From the NCBI GenBank assembly GCA_949358305.1, contig OX442314.1, positions 11,408,001-11,472,000 of the forward strand: DNA of 64,000 nt. The letters run 5' to 3'. Positions 1 through 12,233 of this stretch are shown piece after piece; within the stretch, counting starts at the first letter, position 1; each line of letters starts with the position of its first letter. A program made the position numbers and the translations under genes. The DNA is from Strigamia acuminata. Taxonomy: Eukaryota. The notes below the pieces were generated by a model, which was given only the letters and a program-made list of their open reading frames with translations, ran no database searches and was not told the origin of the DNA.

Positions 1-434
1 ACCAAAATGACAGGCGGCCAAAAGAACCCGTTACACCTAAAAACCCCCGTGCCTGGCGACGACACGACGCCGTCACTTTACGCAGCCGGAGACTCCGCTC
101 AAAAATTTTTCCCCCCGCGTCGCCCGCGTTCATGCGCGCGTTCGTGCTGATTAGGTACCGTTTCTGCCAGTGGAGTTGACAGTTTCACCCCTTCCTTCCT
201 CTCCTTTTTATACATTTCTCTCTCCTTTCACTCCCCAATCATCACATTTTATCTTTTAACTCGTACAATTTTTGCATTCTCTCCCAATCTTTTATCCCAT
301 TCTCTCCTCGCTGACCCCACAAGTCTTTACTAATGATGCCGAAGAAACATTTTCCTTCCCAATCCCAGCCTCCCATAACACAATTTTTAACAAGGCGTCC
401 GCCTAACACGATTGACTGACACCATTTCACGTAC

Positions 435-461
435 CTCGTTAGTGCTCAAACTGTCGACATG
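435..461 (-). CDS. Candidate 27-nt microexon (HVDSLSTNE), or the 3' part of a first exon starting at ATG 495
   Basis: Minus strand reads T9-GAAG|CATGTCGACAGTTTGAGCACTAACGAG|GTACGT. It is open in phase 0/0. Confidence 0.25.
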
Positions 462-2558
462 CTTCAAAAAAAAATAACACCGACATATCCGCCATTTTTT
501 AAATTTACACGATTTTTTTTAATTGTATAATTCGATAATTTCCATTTTTTCCAAGCTGGTCACTCGCAGGAGGAGAGGAATGGAAAGGAGAGCGAAATAA
601 ACGCGGAAGTGGGGTGTGGGGAAGGATTTTTAGGGGGGTTTACAAACCGGACGAGCACAGGTGGAAAGGTCAAAACCGAAAATGACCCCGCCACGAGCCG
701 CACGCAGGTTGGGCACGAGCCGGCTGGGCGTGGGCTACTAACCGGAGTGACCAGTGAACGAAGAAAGGGCGTCTAGCCGACATCGGGCCTCTTTGAATTG
801 CATTTGATGGCGGCTGCACTGCACGGCTGAAAAATGGCGGCCGACATTGATTTTTTTCAATGTTAGACTTGCCACGCTGCGTTGGCGGCGGCCAGAGCTT
901 GTTTTTTATCATTTATATTTTTTTATTTTATTTTTTTTTTTTTTTTTGGTTTGTCGATATAGACGAGGTGAATGTTAACCGTTCCTTGATTTCATTTAAT
1001 GCAAGTAGGAGGCAGCAAGGGGTTGAGACGCAGGTGTGAATTGAAATTTAATTGACTCCAACGTCGACTCGCTTTATTTTTATGTCTTTTTCAATTCAGA
1101 TCGCGTTCTATTTTCTTTTTTTTTTTTTACTTCTATTCACTCCATTTTTTTTTCCGCTCAAAATGGCGTCTTGTTTTGGCGATGACGTGGCGTGGTCCCA
1201 GAGAGTATATTATAGATTCGCGTATGTGCGAAAAGGGGGCAACTTATTATAATTTTTGACTGAGACGTGCACTGCGTCCCTCGCCCTTGGGGCCAAGGGG
1301 TCGACTTTCTCCGGCTGGCATTGGAGGGACTCGCATGCCAGTGCCGGCCCCGAGTAGCCAATGGCTAATCGGGGCTTCTAATGTATTCCTCACAATGGGA
1401 GCGGTAATTTGCAATGGCCGCTAGCCCCTGACTGGTCAGCCATGGCTGTTTACATGGAAACATCTCCATACAGAGGGGCCCTCTGGTCTCCGACTACCAA
1501 AATGTGGAGAAAAAATATGGAGGATGGAAATGATGGCTGAATTTCACAATTTTCGCAATTTTTGCAATTTTCAACGTATTAAACTCGCTGCCCTATATTA
1601 AATTGCTCCATAAACACAATATTTCGCGCTGTTGTACGCAAATTTGATTAATCCTTTGTGTAAACAAGGGTTAATTTTTTTTTTGGTTTTTTTGTGTGGA
1701 TTTTAGGGTTATGTTTTGCTTGGGCATTGAAGTGGATTGGTCATGGGGTGCATTTTTGTCCCACCTGTGTATTTTGTGCCGGTGACCTGTAGTATTTAAG
1801 CTGGGTTGATGAAAAGAGTTTGGTTTTGGGCATGGGAAGGAAAAAAAGGGGAAAAAAATCTGGTTTGTGCACTGCTCTGCAGGACTAACCGCCCTACATT
1901 TAAAGAAAAGAAAAATAGGAAAAAATTGTTCATTCTTTATTCATTCTTATTCATGCACACATTGAAATGCAAGGATTTTCTTCCGCACGATAAAAATTTT
2001 ATAGTACAGTGGTAATGTGGGTTTAACCGTGGAAATCTCCTATATGCCTGTATATAATTTTAATCCTATTTTTCATTGTGTTGCGTGCAAAATCTTATTT
2101 ATATATCAAGCGAACAAATAATTTTTTTTTAATTTTAGATTTTTGTGTTTTTTTTTTTTTAGGTGATGAAATATTGAAATTGAAGGAAAATTTTGACGGC
2201 GGGTGACGAAAATGAGAGAATGGTAAGTTGATTTATTTAATCGAAATTTTGAATTTATATTTTCGTATAAAATCCCTTAATTGATCAATTAAGAAAAATT
2301 TTATTTTTTTTTTAAATTGAAATTTTTTAATTTTTAACATTAATAACGTGTGAAATTCATGAAATTGTGAATAGACAAAAAGGTTTTTTTTTTGTTTTTC
2401 GAATTTAAAAAGCGGAGAGAAAAAAAAAAGAAACAATTATTCTAAGCCCTTGTTTTAAACGAACAATGCAAACGAGTGCGGTTTTCATTTATTGAATAGG
2501 CATATTTCTTGGCTGCGCGTGTTGTGTTTTCGCGTGATAAAGGGGGTATCGCCTTTGT

Positions 2559-2576
2559 CACGTGTGGGCGTGGGAA
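2559..2576 (+). promoter_or_regulatory. Su(H)/CSL site with adjacent E-box
   Basis: CACGTG (2559-2564) next to CGTGGGAA (2569-2576). Another CGTGGGAA lies at 28398-28405. Motif match only. Confidence 0.3.
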
Positions 2577-4714
2577 GTTAAAATTATATGGCCGCAAAGA
2601 TGCGACGTATTCGGCGGTGCCGTGGCCATCTTTTTCCCCCCGTTCCCCGGCAATCTTGAGGGAACACGGGGGCCATGTTTGCAGGTCGAATACGTGCTGC
2701 TACTTTGTTTTCCGTCGACGTGCCGGCAATTGCATTTTTCAACATGGAGTCGCGAGTAATTCTCCAGCTTCATTGTTTTCATCTCCCCTAAGACTTCCGG
2801 TGTCTAGGGATAGGCAAGAGGAAAAGGTTCCATGGGGGACAGCTGCTTGCGAGGGAAAAAAGCACAAACAGAGAACCAACTCCTTTCTTTTTACCCCCTT
2901 TGCTCACTGCACGCGAACCTAAAGGATTTTATTTTTAGAATTTTTCAACCTTTCTCCCCTCTTGGTCGATTTTTAAGGTATAAAAATTTAGTTATGGGTC
3001 TTAAATGCTAGTTTAAAATGGTTTATTCGCCTCTTTTTAATTAAATGTCTAATTAAACGCGGAGAACGAGTTGAATCCGCCTCATTTGAGTGCAGTTTTT
3101 TTCATGTTGTGTTGTTTTTTCTTTGTTTTTCTTCATTAAGCCTTGATTTGGACGGGATTTTATATTTTTTAGACTTGTTTTAGTCACTGTGAGGTGCGTG
3201 AATGCGGAAATTGTTGTGTTTTCGGTGATAAAATGGCGAGTTTTTGTTTCAGTTTTGCGTTTGATGCGAATAATATTGAATTGTTTGTGTTCCGTTGTGT
3301 ACGGTTTTCTTTAAATAAAATACAAATAGTGTAATTTATTTATGGGAATTACGGGGAGTGGGAGGTGGGGAAAATATGCGATGGTTTGTTTTTGTTTAGG
3401 AAATGAAGGAGGTTTTAAAAAAATAAAAATAAAAATAAAATTTAAATGCAAATAATTTGAAAAATTGTTTTTCCCGTCGGAAACAACCGGTTTTCTCCAC
3501 GTCTGGTTCCAATTAGCCCACCAAGGGTTGGAGACAGACAGTCTGCTTCTTATTTGGGCGAAAGGGGTTCCCCAACACACATCACCCACCCCCTGTCAAT
3601 CATCTTAAGGTGTGGAGAAAGAAGAGAAGTTAATTTTCAAATGATCGCATAATTAGACCCGAGTGTCACATCTTTTGCTACATTTTTTTTAAAAAGCTAA
3701 AAAATATCCATTTTAAACACACAAACAATTTTTTTTACGTACAAAATTTCTAGAATTCGATTTTTTTATTTTAAAGAAATTTATAATTTGGTTTGGACTC
3801 TCCGGCAATGGATTAAGGTAGAGCGCTATTGCGATGCGACTCCGGCGAGTCTGACGGAGGCCATTTTTATGGTTGCACATAAAACTAAATGATGAGCAGG
3901 AAAATCAACCAACTTGCTTTTTATCAGGATATTTTTTCCTTTTTCCTTCTTCCTCTTTCTTTTTTTTTTAATCCTGACTGGCCATCACCGATTTTCCCCC
4001 CATACTTTATTATGCTGGACGTAATGTAATGGCTGAAGTCGTTGCTCTCTCTCTCTCTATATATTTTCTCATCGTCTTGTGCTCGAAAAGGGTTGTTTGC
4101 TCCCGCCGAGTTGGCACCCATTCAACCAATTTCGAGCCGAGTTTTAGGGATTTGTTTTACTCTTTGCATATTTATCATTCCGGGAAGAAAAACATGATTT
4201 TTGTTTATTGTTTTCAATCCTAAAATTTATGTTTATTTCGTGAATTCTCGTGTAAAACATTCGTTTCGACATTAATTTTTTTTATTTTTTTTTTATTATT
4301 TTTTATTTTGGAAATTCAGTTTTAAATAAATCAATTTGGCAATTTAGCGATAAAAAATGTTATTTTATCGTCAAAAAAGGTATTTAGAGAGGAAATCGGA
4401 GCGGAAAACGCGATTTTCACCGTTAAATTTAACCGAAAATTACACGAAACCCAATCCAAAATGGTGGGTCACCATGTTAAAGGTCAAATCTTGGTTTGGG
4501 GACCCTCCAAAGGGTCATCACTGAGTCCAATCTGTTTCAAGTGAGCAGAAAACCCCCCCAAAAAAACCAGTCTGGATCCCCTATTTTTTTTTAAGTCGGA
4601 GGTGGTTGACCCAGGGACCGACCATGCTGGGTTCTTATTCACACCTAGGAAAGGTCCCTTGAAGGGGAAGAGTCTCTTCCTTGGAGTCCCATTCATTATA
4701 GGATTATTATACAC

Positions 4715-4749
<35 letters not shown>

Positions 4750-5033
4750 TGACATAATAACAAAAAAAAGACCAAAATCGAACACAATAAAGAAAAAGAT
4801 ATTTCATAAAACAGGTCAAACCAAAAATTCACGCCTTGTGTTCGGACCATTAAAAAATTTGGGCTCACTCCCTTTTTCACGGTCACACAGCGAGCGCGGA
4901 ACAGGAGTGAGAACCTTTTTCACACATATCTTTTAAAGCTGAAAAACGACGCGCAAGTTTCCTATTATTTTAATATCTCTGTTTGGATCTGAGACAAGAT
5001 CACACTTTTACATATTCTTTCACGAGGTATCAC

Positions 5034-5117
5034 CTGAGATTCGCGAGGGGCTTGACGAGAACTCGACACCCCGTCGCTAGCCGCAGCGTTGACGCTCAGG
5101 GTGCTGCAACCCGCCAT
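5034..5117 (-). CDS. Candidate alternative first exon C
   Basis: Start context gtcATGG at 5117 opens 28 codons (MAGCSTLSVNAAASDGVSSSRQAPRESQ) ending at the donor CAG|GTGATA (5033-5028), phase 0. It is a GC-rich patch in AT-rich flanks. Confidence 0.4.
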
Positions 5118-8100
5118 GACGCTGTTAACGTGCTTTTATTCACATGCAGATGCCATTTCTTTTCTCTTTTTACACGTATATATTTTTTCCCTACGCCTAT
5201 TTTAACTAATTTATATTTTTCTCCCTCTTTTCCGCCACTCGCCGCGCCGGTCCCTCGTTAAAATGAAAATATTCCATTAGCGTTCCACGGGCGGCTGAAT
5301 TTGACCATTTAGACGTATCCACACACACATATACACTTTATAAGGCATATAAGACTCGTGGAACAGGTATGCAGAGCCACAACTTGAGGTATATCGCTTT
5401 ACACACGACACAATGGAGGATTTTTCGCGGACCCCGTGAAAAAAGGGAGAGTGGTTCATATTTTATTACATATTTAGTCAGTTGTGATACTTTATGAAGG
5501 ATCAACAGAGGGAGACCCCTTGGCCCTCGGTCACAACACGTCCAAAAAAGAGAAAAAAGTAAAAAAAAAAAAAAAAGTGTGAGTAGAGTAGGGGGGACCC
5601 TCGAACCCGCATCCCACTCGGCGGCCAGACCCATACAATGGCACGCCGAGTGAATCTCTCGAGATGATGTTCCCCTTCTTAAACAACCCCCAATCTCGAG
5701 TAAGGGCACAAAAGATGGGGGTATCCTCCATTTTGATACTGTATAAGAATTAAGAAGAGTTTCCCCACCCCCACACCCCCCCGTGCTCGAATATAATCCT
5801 TCATCTTATTAATCCCCTCAACCCGAGACCTAAATTCGACAAGATGGAGGAAAAATTGAAAAATAAGACGAGGAATGGAAATGAAACACTCGAGTTTGAT
5901 TTGATTAACCCTTTGATGGGATTTCGGACTTGATTTGGCAGTTGTTGAGGGAACGGGCGATGCAATTGGCTTGTTATTGTGCGATGGGCGTCGGAGGCGA
6001 ATATCTCTCTCTCTTTTTCTCTCTCTCTCTCCGCCTTGTTTAAACTGTGTCTCAATGGGTTATTCGGTTTAGAGGGGCCGTGCAGACCGAAAAATCTCCC
6101 CAGTCCTTTTTCCCTTCACCCATTCAGTGTCTCACTCACTCATTTTTTTATATGTATCTGAGAGAGGGGTAAGTCTTGTGGCCCTGCCCTGTCTGGCGGG
6201 GTCTTTGGTTGGAACCATGGTTACAACCCTCTTGTGCCTTTGTTGCGCGCCATAATGCTCTGCCTTTCGGTTTGTATTTATATTTCGGAGTGAACGGGTT
6301 TTCTTCCGTATGAATCCCATACACCTTTTCGCTCTCTGGCTCTCGCTGCACGCGTCGTGGTCAACACGCACCTCATAAAACTCTGTTTCTGTCGAGGCTT
6401 TAATGTAGTTAAACATGGACACTAGGTAGCGAAATTGTTGTACGGCTTTGTTAGGCATGTGCAGAGATAAAAGGATTTAAAATGACTAGCAAATCCTGTA
6501 CTATGATCAGTTTTTAAGACGAAAAATGTGTAAAGTCCATTCCTTTTCATTTTCAGGCCATTGTGTGTAAAGAAGTTTGAAAAACGTCAAAGGGAGGAGT
6601 AAAGATGCACTGAAAAGAGTGTTGAGTTAGTTGCAACCTTAAAACACCCTTAATGGAGTTATTTTAACCCTTTTATTCGTCTTCGTTAATTTCAAACGTA
6701 TTTTTATATTCCAAATTGGTCGATGTCAGTGTTAGCGTTATGGGGGTTTAGTTTAAAAGGGGGAAGCGAATAAAGAACGGAGTTTTAACCAAATGGACAA
6801 ATACGCAAGTCTAAACAGCTCTCGATGACCCATGAAGAGACGAGAGAGAGAAATAAATGGGAAGAAAGAATTTAAGTTCAACTTTATCTGTTATTTTCCT
6901 TTTTATTTTTGTTTTCTATTTTTTTTTATGTCTTAAACTTTATATATACAAAGATGTTAGCCTTGATTTATTCGGCGTTGCTTGCCCAGGGGTCTCGGCT
7001 GATGTATAACGAAGGAGTTTTCCCTCGACGATGATGGCCCCATCCACCCATGCACGCACATCCTCCTCCTTTCTTTCCGTACGCCCACCCCATCTTTTAA
7101 TTGCCCCCCGCTATCATTGCAGCGTTTCTCCGTGTCAAGATGTTTACTTTTAATTAGTCATCTTTGGCGTCCGTCGCGGGCTCGCACTCCCCACTCCTTT
7201 AAACCCTTCCTTTCGCTCGCCTTGCTCAGAATGTGGTGCGCGAGTATTTTCTCTGACATATTTATTGCTCGGTCCTATCACAAAACTGTTGTCTTCATAC
7301 CTTTTCGCGTGTGTTCATCAAGCGATCTTTTCTTGCAGCCAGCCCCGGCTTTAATGGGCTAGTTAAATTACACATGATATTAACTATATAGATGCTCGTA
7401 TTTTACACTAAGTGATTCATTGCGCCCTTTTAAACACATTAATACGACGCAACGAGCAACAAATAATTCTTTTCAACACAAAGTATGAGTTTTTTAAAAA
7501 TAAATATACAATTTTTTTAATTTTTTTAAAATTTTTTAAAATTTTTTTTGGGATGGTCGCCATGATGATTCGTGCTCTTTCTTCCTCCATCATCCCTTCC
7601 CTGCCTCTATACCCCTCAGCTGCTGCCTGAGCGATGCAATGAGGTCACGTGATCACACTAAATATGGAAGGAGGATGAGGAGGAAGAAAATAGGGGTAAA
7701 CAGAGCGGCCACCTCCATTTTGGACGGCGGGGAAGATTCGGGTGGATTTTAAAGGTGGGGAAAATAAAATTTAAATTGATGAGCGAAATAAAATGTTAAT
7801 ATCGGATTTGCGGGCTCGTTTGATCGAATAAGAAACGAAGAAACGTTGCCGGGGAGCCGAGACGTTGCCATAGCGAAGCAATGGGTCTTGCTTAGCCGCG
7901 GTCGAGTTCGCAGCGCGCACAGACATGCGTAATGTTAGTGTGTAGCAATGGCGGAGCTCTAATCCGCAAGTCATAAAAGAGCAAATGGAAGCCCGAGCAT
8001 CTCTAGTCTTAGAGATCGGTGCTGAGCCGCCGTCTCGAGTCAGTTGTGGACGGGGTTGGATGATGTAGAGAAGGAGGAAAGGGGGGGTGAGGGGGTGGGG

Positions 8101-8639
8101 GGGTTCAGTGGTGCATTCTCTCTTTTCTCTTTTATGGTCTAATGACAGTGATGAGGCAAATGTGCTATTTGCCGAGGCATCCAATGCTTATAATGGCTTG
8201 GCTTTCGCCTCTTGCACGCAGCTTAGCATGGGCACAACGGTGACAATAATTTTGTATAATGTTCTGGGTATGCACGGTCACGTGTGTGTATGTGCAGAAG
8301 AATCATATTTGGGAGAGTGAAATATTTGTTTTTCAATTTTGGATAAATAGTTGTTTGTGCTTTGGGAGTTATTTGCGAATTTTATGTATTTGTTTTGTTT
8401 AAATGAGGTTTGTTGTGATGTGTTGTATTGATTTTCAGTTTTTTTTTTTTTTTTTTTAATTTGGTTGTTTGGTGTTTTTTTTTGGGGGATTGGAGAATGT
8501 GAATATTTGTGGTTAATTTAGGCATTGATTTTAGTTGGTTTGTTTAGTTTTGGCATTGATTTTGAGTCGGTTTGTTTTAATTTGGATATTGAATGCAGTC
8601 GGTTTGGTCGATTTGGTTTATTTTTGTTTTTTTTTGTTG

Positions 8640-9200
8640 AATTTAGTCATTAATTTTAGTCGTTTTGTTTAATTTAGGCATTAATTTATGTCGTTTTGTT
8701 TAATTTACGCATTAATTTTCGTCGTTTTGTTTATTCTAGGCATTTATTTTAGTAGTTTTGTTCAATTTAGATATTGATTTTAGTCGTTTTGGTTAATTAA
8801 AATATTGAATTCAGTCATTTTCGTCAAATTAGAGATTTAATTAGGTTGGTTTGCTTAGTTTAGACATTAATTTAGTTGTTTGGTTCAATTTACATATTTG
8901 TCTTAGTCGTTTTGGTCAATCTAGTCATTTATTTAAATTGAAGTGGTAAATTTAGACATTTATCTAAGTCGTTCTGGTCAATTTAGACATTTATCTAAGT
9001 CGTTCTGGTCAATTTAGACATTTATCTAAGTCGTTCTGGTCAATTTAGACATTTATCTAAGTCATTCTGGTCAATTTAGAAATTTACTTAAATCGTTTTG
9101 ATCAATTGAAACATCGAATTTAGTTAGTTATTTAGTCAATTTTGAAATTGATTTTAGTTGTTTAATCAATTTAGAAATTGATTTCAGCTGTTGACCTCAA
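8640..9200. repeat. 31-bp minisatellite (family X), degenerate flanks
   Basis: Unit ATTTAGACATTTATCTAAGTCGTTCTGGTCA is near-perfect at 8950-9080 (starts 8951, 8982, ...). Confidence 0.9.
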
Positions 9201-10263
9201 TTCAGACATTGAATTTTCACATTCGTTTGAAATGTATTGAATATATTTAGACCTTAAATTGACCAACCAGCTAAAATACCGGATATTTTAATTTAGTCTA
9301 GTGAAAATTAGTCGACAATTAGCCTATAAATTCGATTAAGATTAAACTGATTACCCAAGTAGACTCGCACAAAAACTTAGCGATCGCATTGAAATCATAC
9401 AGGCACTTAAAAAAATGAAAATTGGACCTAATTCTTCACGCAATGTGTTTCTTTTTTTTTGCTGCGTCGCGGCTTGAAAGAGGTGTCCATCATCAGCACA
9501 CTCGGGGGTTTTTGAGAACCCGCTCTCTGTTTGTACGTGTGGCTAATGGTTGACGAAACCAGTCGCTCGAGAGTGGACAAGCGTCTCGCTCACTCAATTT
9601 GCTCGGCTTTAAAGGTCCACTCTTTTTGCCCTGCCTTCTCCTTTCTTCGTTCTTAGTAAATGGACCTTGAGAATGGACTCTTGTTGTGACCCTCGGATCC
9701 ATTAAAAGTGGCCTCTTATCAACCTGCTCGAATCTCCCCCCGTAATAAGTGTAAGACGCACGAGCCGTCTCTACAAGGTCCGAACGGCTCGTGGTCATTC
9801 ATTAGAAAATTTTCGTTTATGCAAATTTGAGAAGTTGAAAAATTTTGTTTTGATTTCTAATTTTGTTTTGTGTAAAGTTTTTAATTTTTGATTTTTTGAT
9901 TTATTTTTTTTTGAAGCATTTTAATTTTCATCACTGGCGTTGGGCATTGACTAAGCAATAAGGCAATAAATTAGAAGAAGAAACACCTTTGACTTTAATT
10001 TTCCCTATTGATTGTGTCTTTCTTTCTTCTCTTTTCCTTCCTTGGAGGGGTTCAAACGTGCAAATTTGCATCTGTCTGCAGGGTCATAAGCGCCTCAATT
10101 GTCCAATTTTTGAATAATTTGCTTTTCTGCATTTACATTGCAAATTTTCACTCTGATGTGGGAATAAGGTCATTTTGAAGTTTCTTTCTTTCTCTTTTAA
10201 ATTTTTTTTACACACTTTTGCTTCACAAAATGAAGGATGATTCTATTATTTGCCACTTAGTTT

Positions 10264-10545
10264 GGTTTATGCGTAAATTACCGCATATATAATTCTGTGG
10301 AATACGCTATAAGAGTTGGATTTATTTATAATGGAAGGATCAAAATATAAACATTTATATTAAGGCGCATTCTTTAAGTAATTTAGACTAAACAAGAAGG
10401 CCCGACGATGTTTATTAGCAGAAAAGTGAAAGGACCAGAGGAAAAACTATTCTGCGACTGAACTTGAGTGTTTGGCAGTAGTGTGGGCAGTTCAAAAATT
10501 CCGTACTTTGAATTTACGAGATTTATCGTACAGACTGACCGTCTA
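10264..10545 (+). mobile_element. Degenerate Ty3/Gypsy LTR-retrotransposon pol fragment (RNase H)
   Basis: MFISRKVKGPE (10408-10440), a frameshift, KNYSATELECLAVVWAVQKFR (from 10442), another frameshift, then YFEFTRFIVQTD (10504-10539). This matches the Ty3/Gypsy RNase H pattern F.SR.L...E.NYS..E.E.LAVVWA..KFR.YL....F...TDH. Upstream GLCVNYR resembles the GLxNYYR linker. No LTRs seen. Confidence 0.88.
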
Positions 10546-11993
10546 GTCTAATTAGCTCATAGTCTTGTTTTTTGCCAATAGAAAGCGCAGTGTAGGTTAA
10601 TATTTTTTATTTAAAAATTATTTTTGGGTGCTCGATTAGCATGCACTTTTAACGGCTTAACATTAAACTCGTTTTTCGTTTTTCCCTCCCGTGTATATAC
10701 AACATGTGTGTACCAATATTTTTCATGGACCGTAACGGTTTTGTCGACAAACAAAACAAGAAGTGGGTGAAAAAAGGGGAAAGGAAAAAAACCGGATCAA
10801 GACCGGTCGGGACCACATGTTGAATTTTTACCCTTTAGATTCAAACTAGGGATTAAAGGGTTATGTTTATTTACTATATTATCAACTGCAAACGAACTCA
10901 ATTAAACACAATCGCCCAAAATTCGTTTTGTTATCATTATTTATAACAAAAATTTAAAAAATCGACTTTTTGTTTGTTTTAGTTTTAAACGCAGCCATTT
11001 TGTTTCCTTTGTACGGTAGATCACCAACAATTCTTTATTCTAGTTTTATGGAATTTGCAAGGATTTCAAGACGTAATCACGCGTGATTAAGATTTGTTGG
11101 GTCGTTCCACCTTGGCAGCCATTTTGGAAGTGAATTTTATCAGGCATGGGAGTCGGGAGAGATAGATAAAGGGGGTAAATGTCCTGCTCGAGGAAGTCCG
11201 CCATCCGTAGTGGTGTTTATCACCCTAGCTTCCTCCAATTACGGTCATTGAGCAGAATGTCACGAGGTGTATAACTACTAAGAGACCCCCGCACGTCAAG
11301 ACGCGCCTGCCAAATACAACCAAACCCCTCTTCCATTGAGTAATGGCGCGCCCTCCAGGGGACGAATCTCTTCACACCCTGTCAGATGGCCGTCACTTCA
11401 GCCCAACTAAGCAGCGATGGACGCTGAGGGAACCTCCAAGAGGGGACGTCGCGTTTTGCTGCTTACTTTGGTATACAAAGGAGGACAAATAGCAGACGCC
11501 TCCGTTGATCTGTGATGATCGCTTCAAAAATCCCTTTTGTCTGCGTCCACCCCGGCTATGAAAGGATCCCCCAGTTTATAACTTTTTTTTATATCATCAT
11601 CTCGTGGGTCGGAACAAAAAAGGGTTAAAATTTTAAAATATTTAAAAAATTAAAAAATTTAAAAATTAGTCGAAAATCCTATTTGAAATACCAAGAAAAA
11701 AGGGTTAATGGAAAATAGTTGGAATTCCATTCGAGGGCGTAACCCTAAAAATATTTAAATATCGGAAAATAAATGGAAAAAATGAAAGAAATTTTTTTTT
11801 TGTGTGTATAAACAATATTTATGCGTCAAATGTAATTACAAAAGGAATGAAACAACGATTGTAAATGTTAGCGCGGAGCGTTTCGGTCCAGTGGGATGGG
11901 CATCGGGAACGGGCAGTAAATAAAAGTCAAGTTGTGTAGGCCACACCCGAGTGGCTAGCGCCACGGCGTGACGTAATAGGAAGGTCGACTTAC

Positions 11994-12233
11994 GTGGTTG
12001 GAGTGGTCATCACGATGGGGTGGTCGATGCGACGCCAGCCCGCAGCCTCGTTCTCGAGTTTCGAGTCGCGCGAAACTGGCTCCGACGAAAAGCCCTAGCG
12101 GAGCACGGCGCTGCTGCGGCGGCTGGCAGTTGCTAGTTCTCGCACCGCTACCTACCACTGCCGAGTTGCTGGGCCCAGGACAGAGGCGCCCTCGGGTGGC
12201 TGTCACTCGATACTCGAACTCAGCTGACGGCAT
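11994..12233 (-). CDS. Candidate alternative first exon B (exon probably extends upstream to ~12400 as 5'UTR)
   Basis: Strongest GC/CpG-rich island in the window. ATG at 12233 opens 80 codons (MPSAEFEYRV...RDDHSNH) ending at the donor CAC|GTAAGT (11993-11988), phase 0. An out-of-frame ATG (MTTPT, phase 2) just before the donor is an alternative start. The exon is better supported than its coding status. Confidence 0.45.

Noticed and set aside
6132..6458. 108-aa minus-strand ORF as another first exon
   Set aside because: Its candidate donor (A|GTGAGT) would be phase 1 with weak exon-side context, and the peptide is unremarkable. It is kept only as a weak alternative to the plus-strand intron interpretation.
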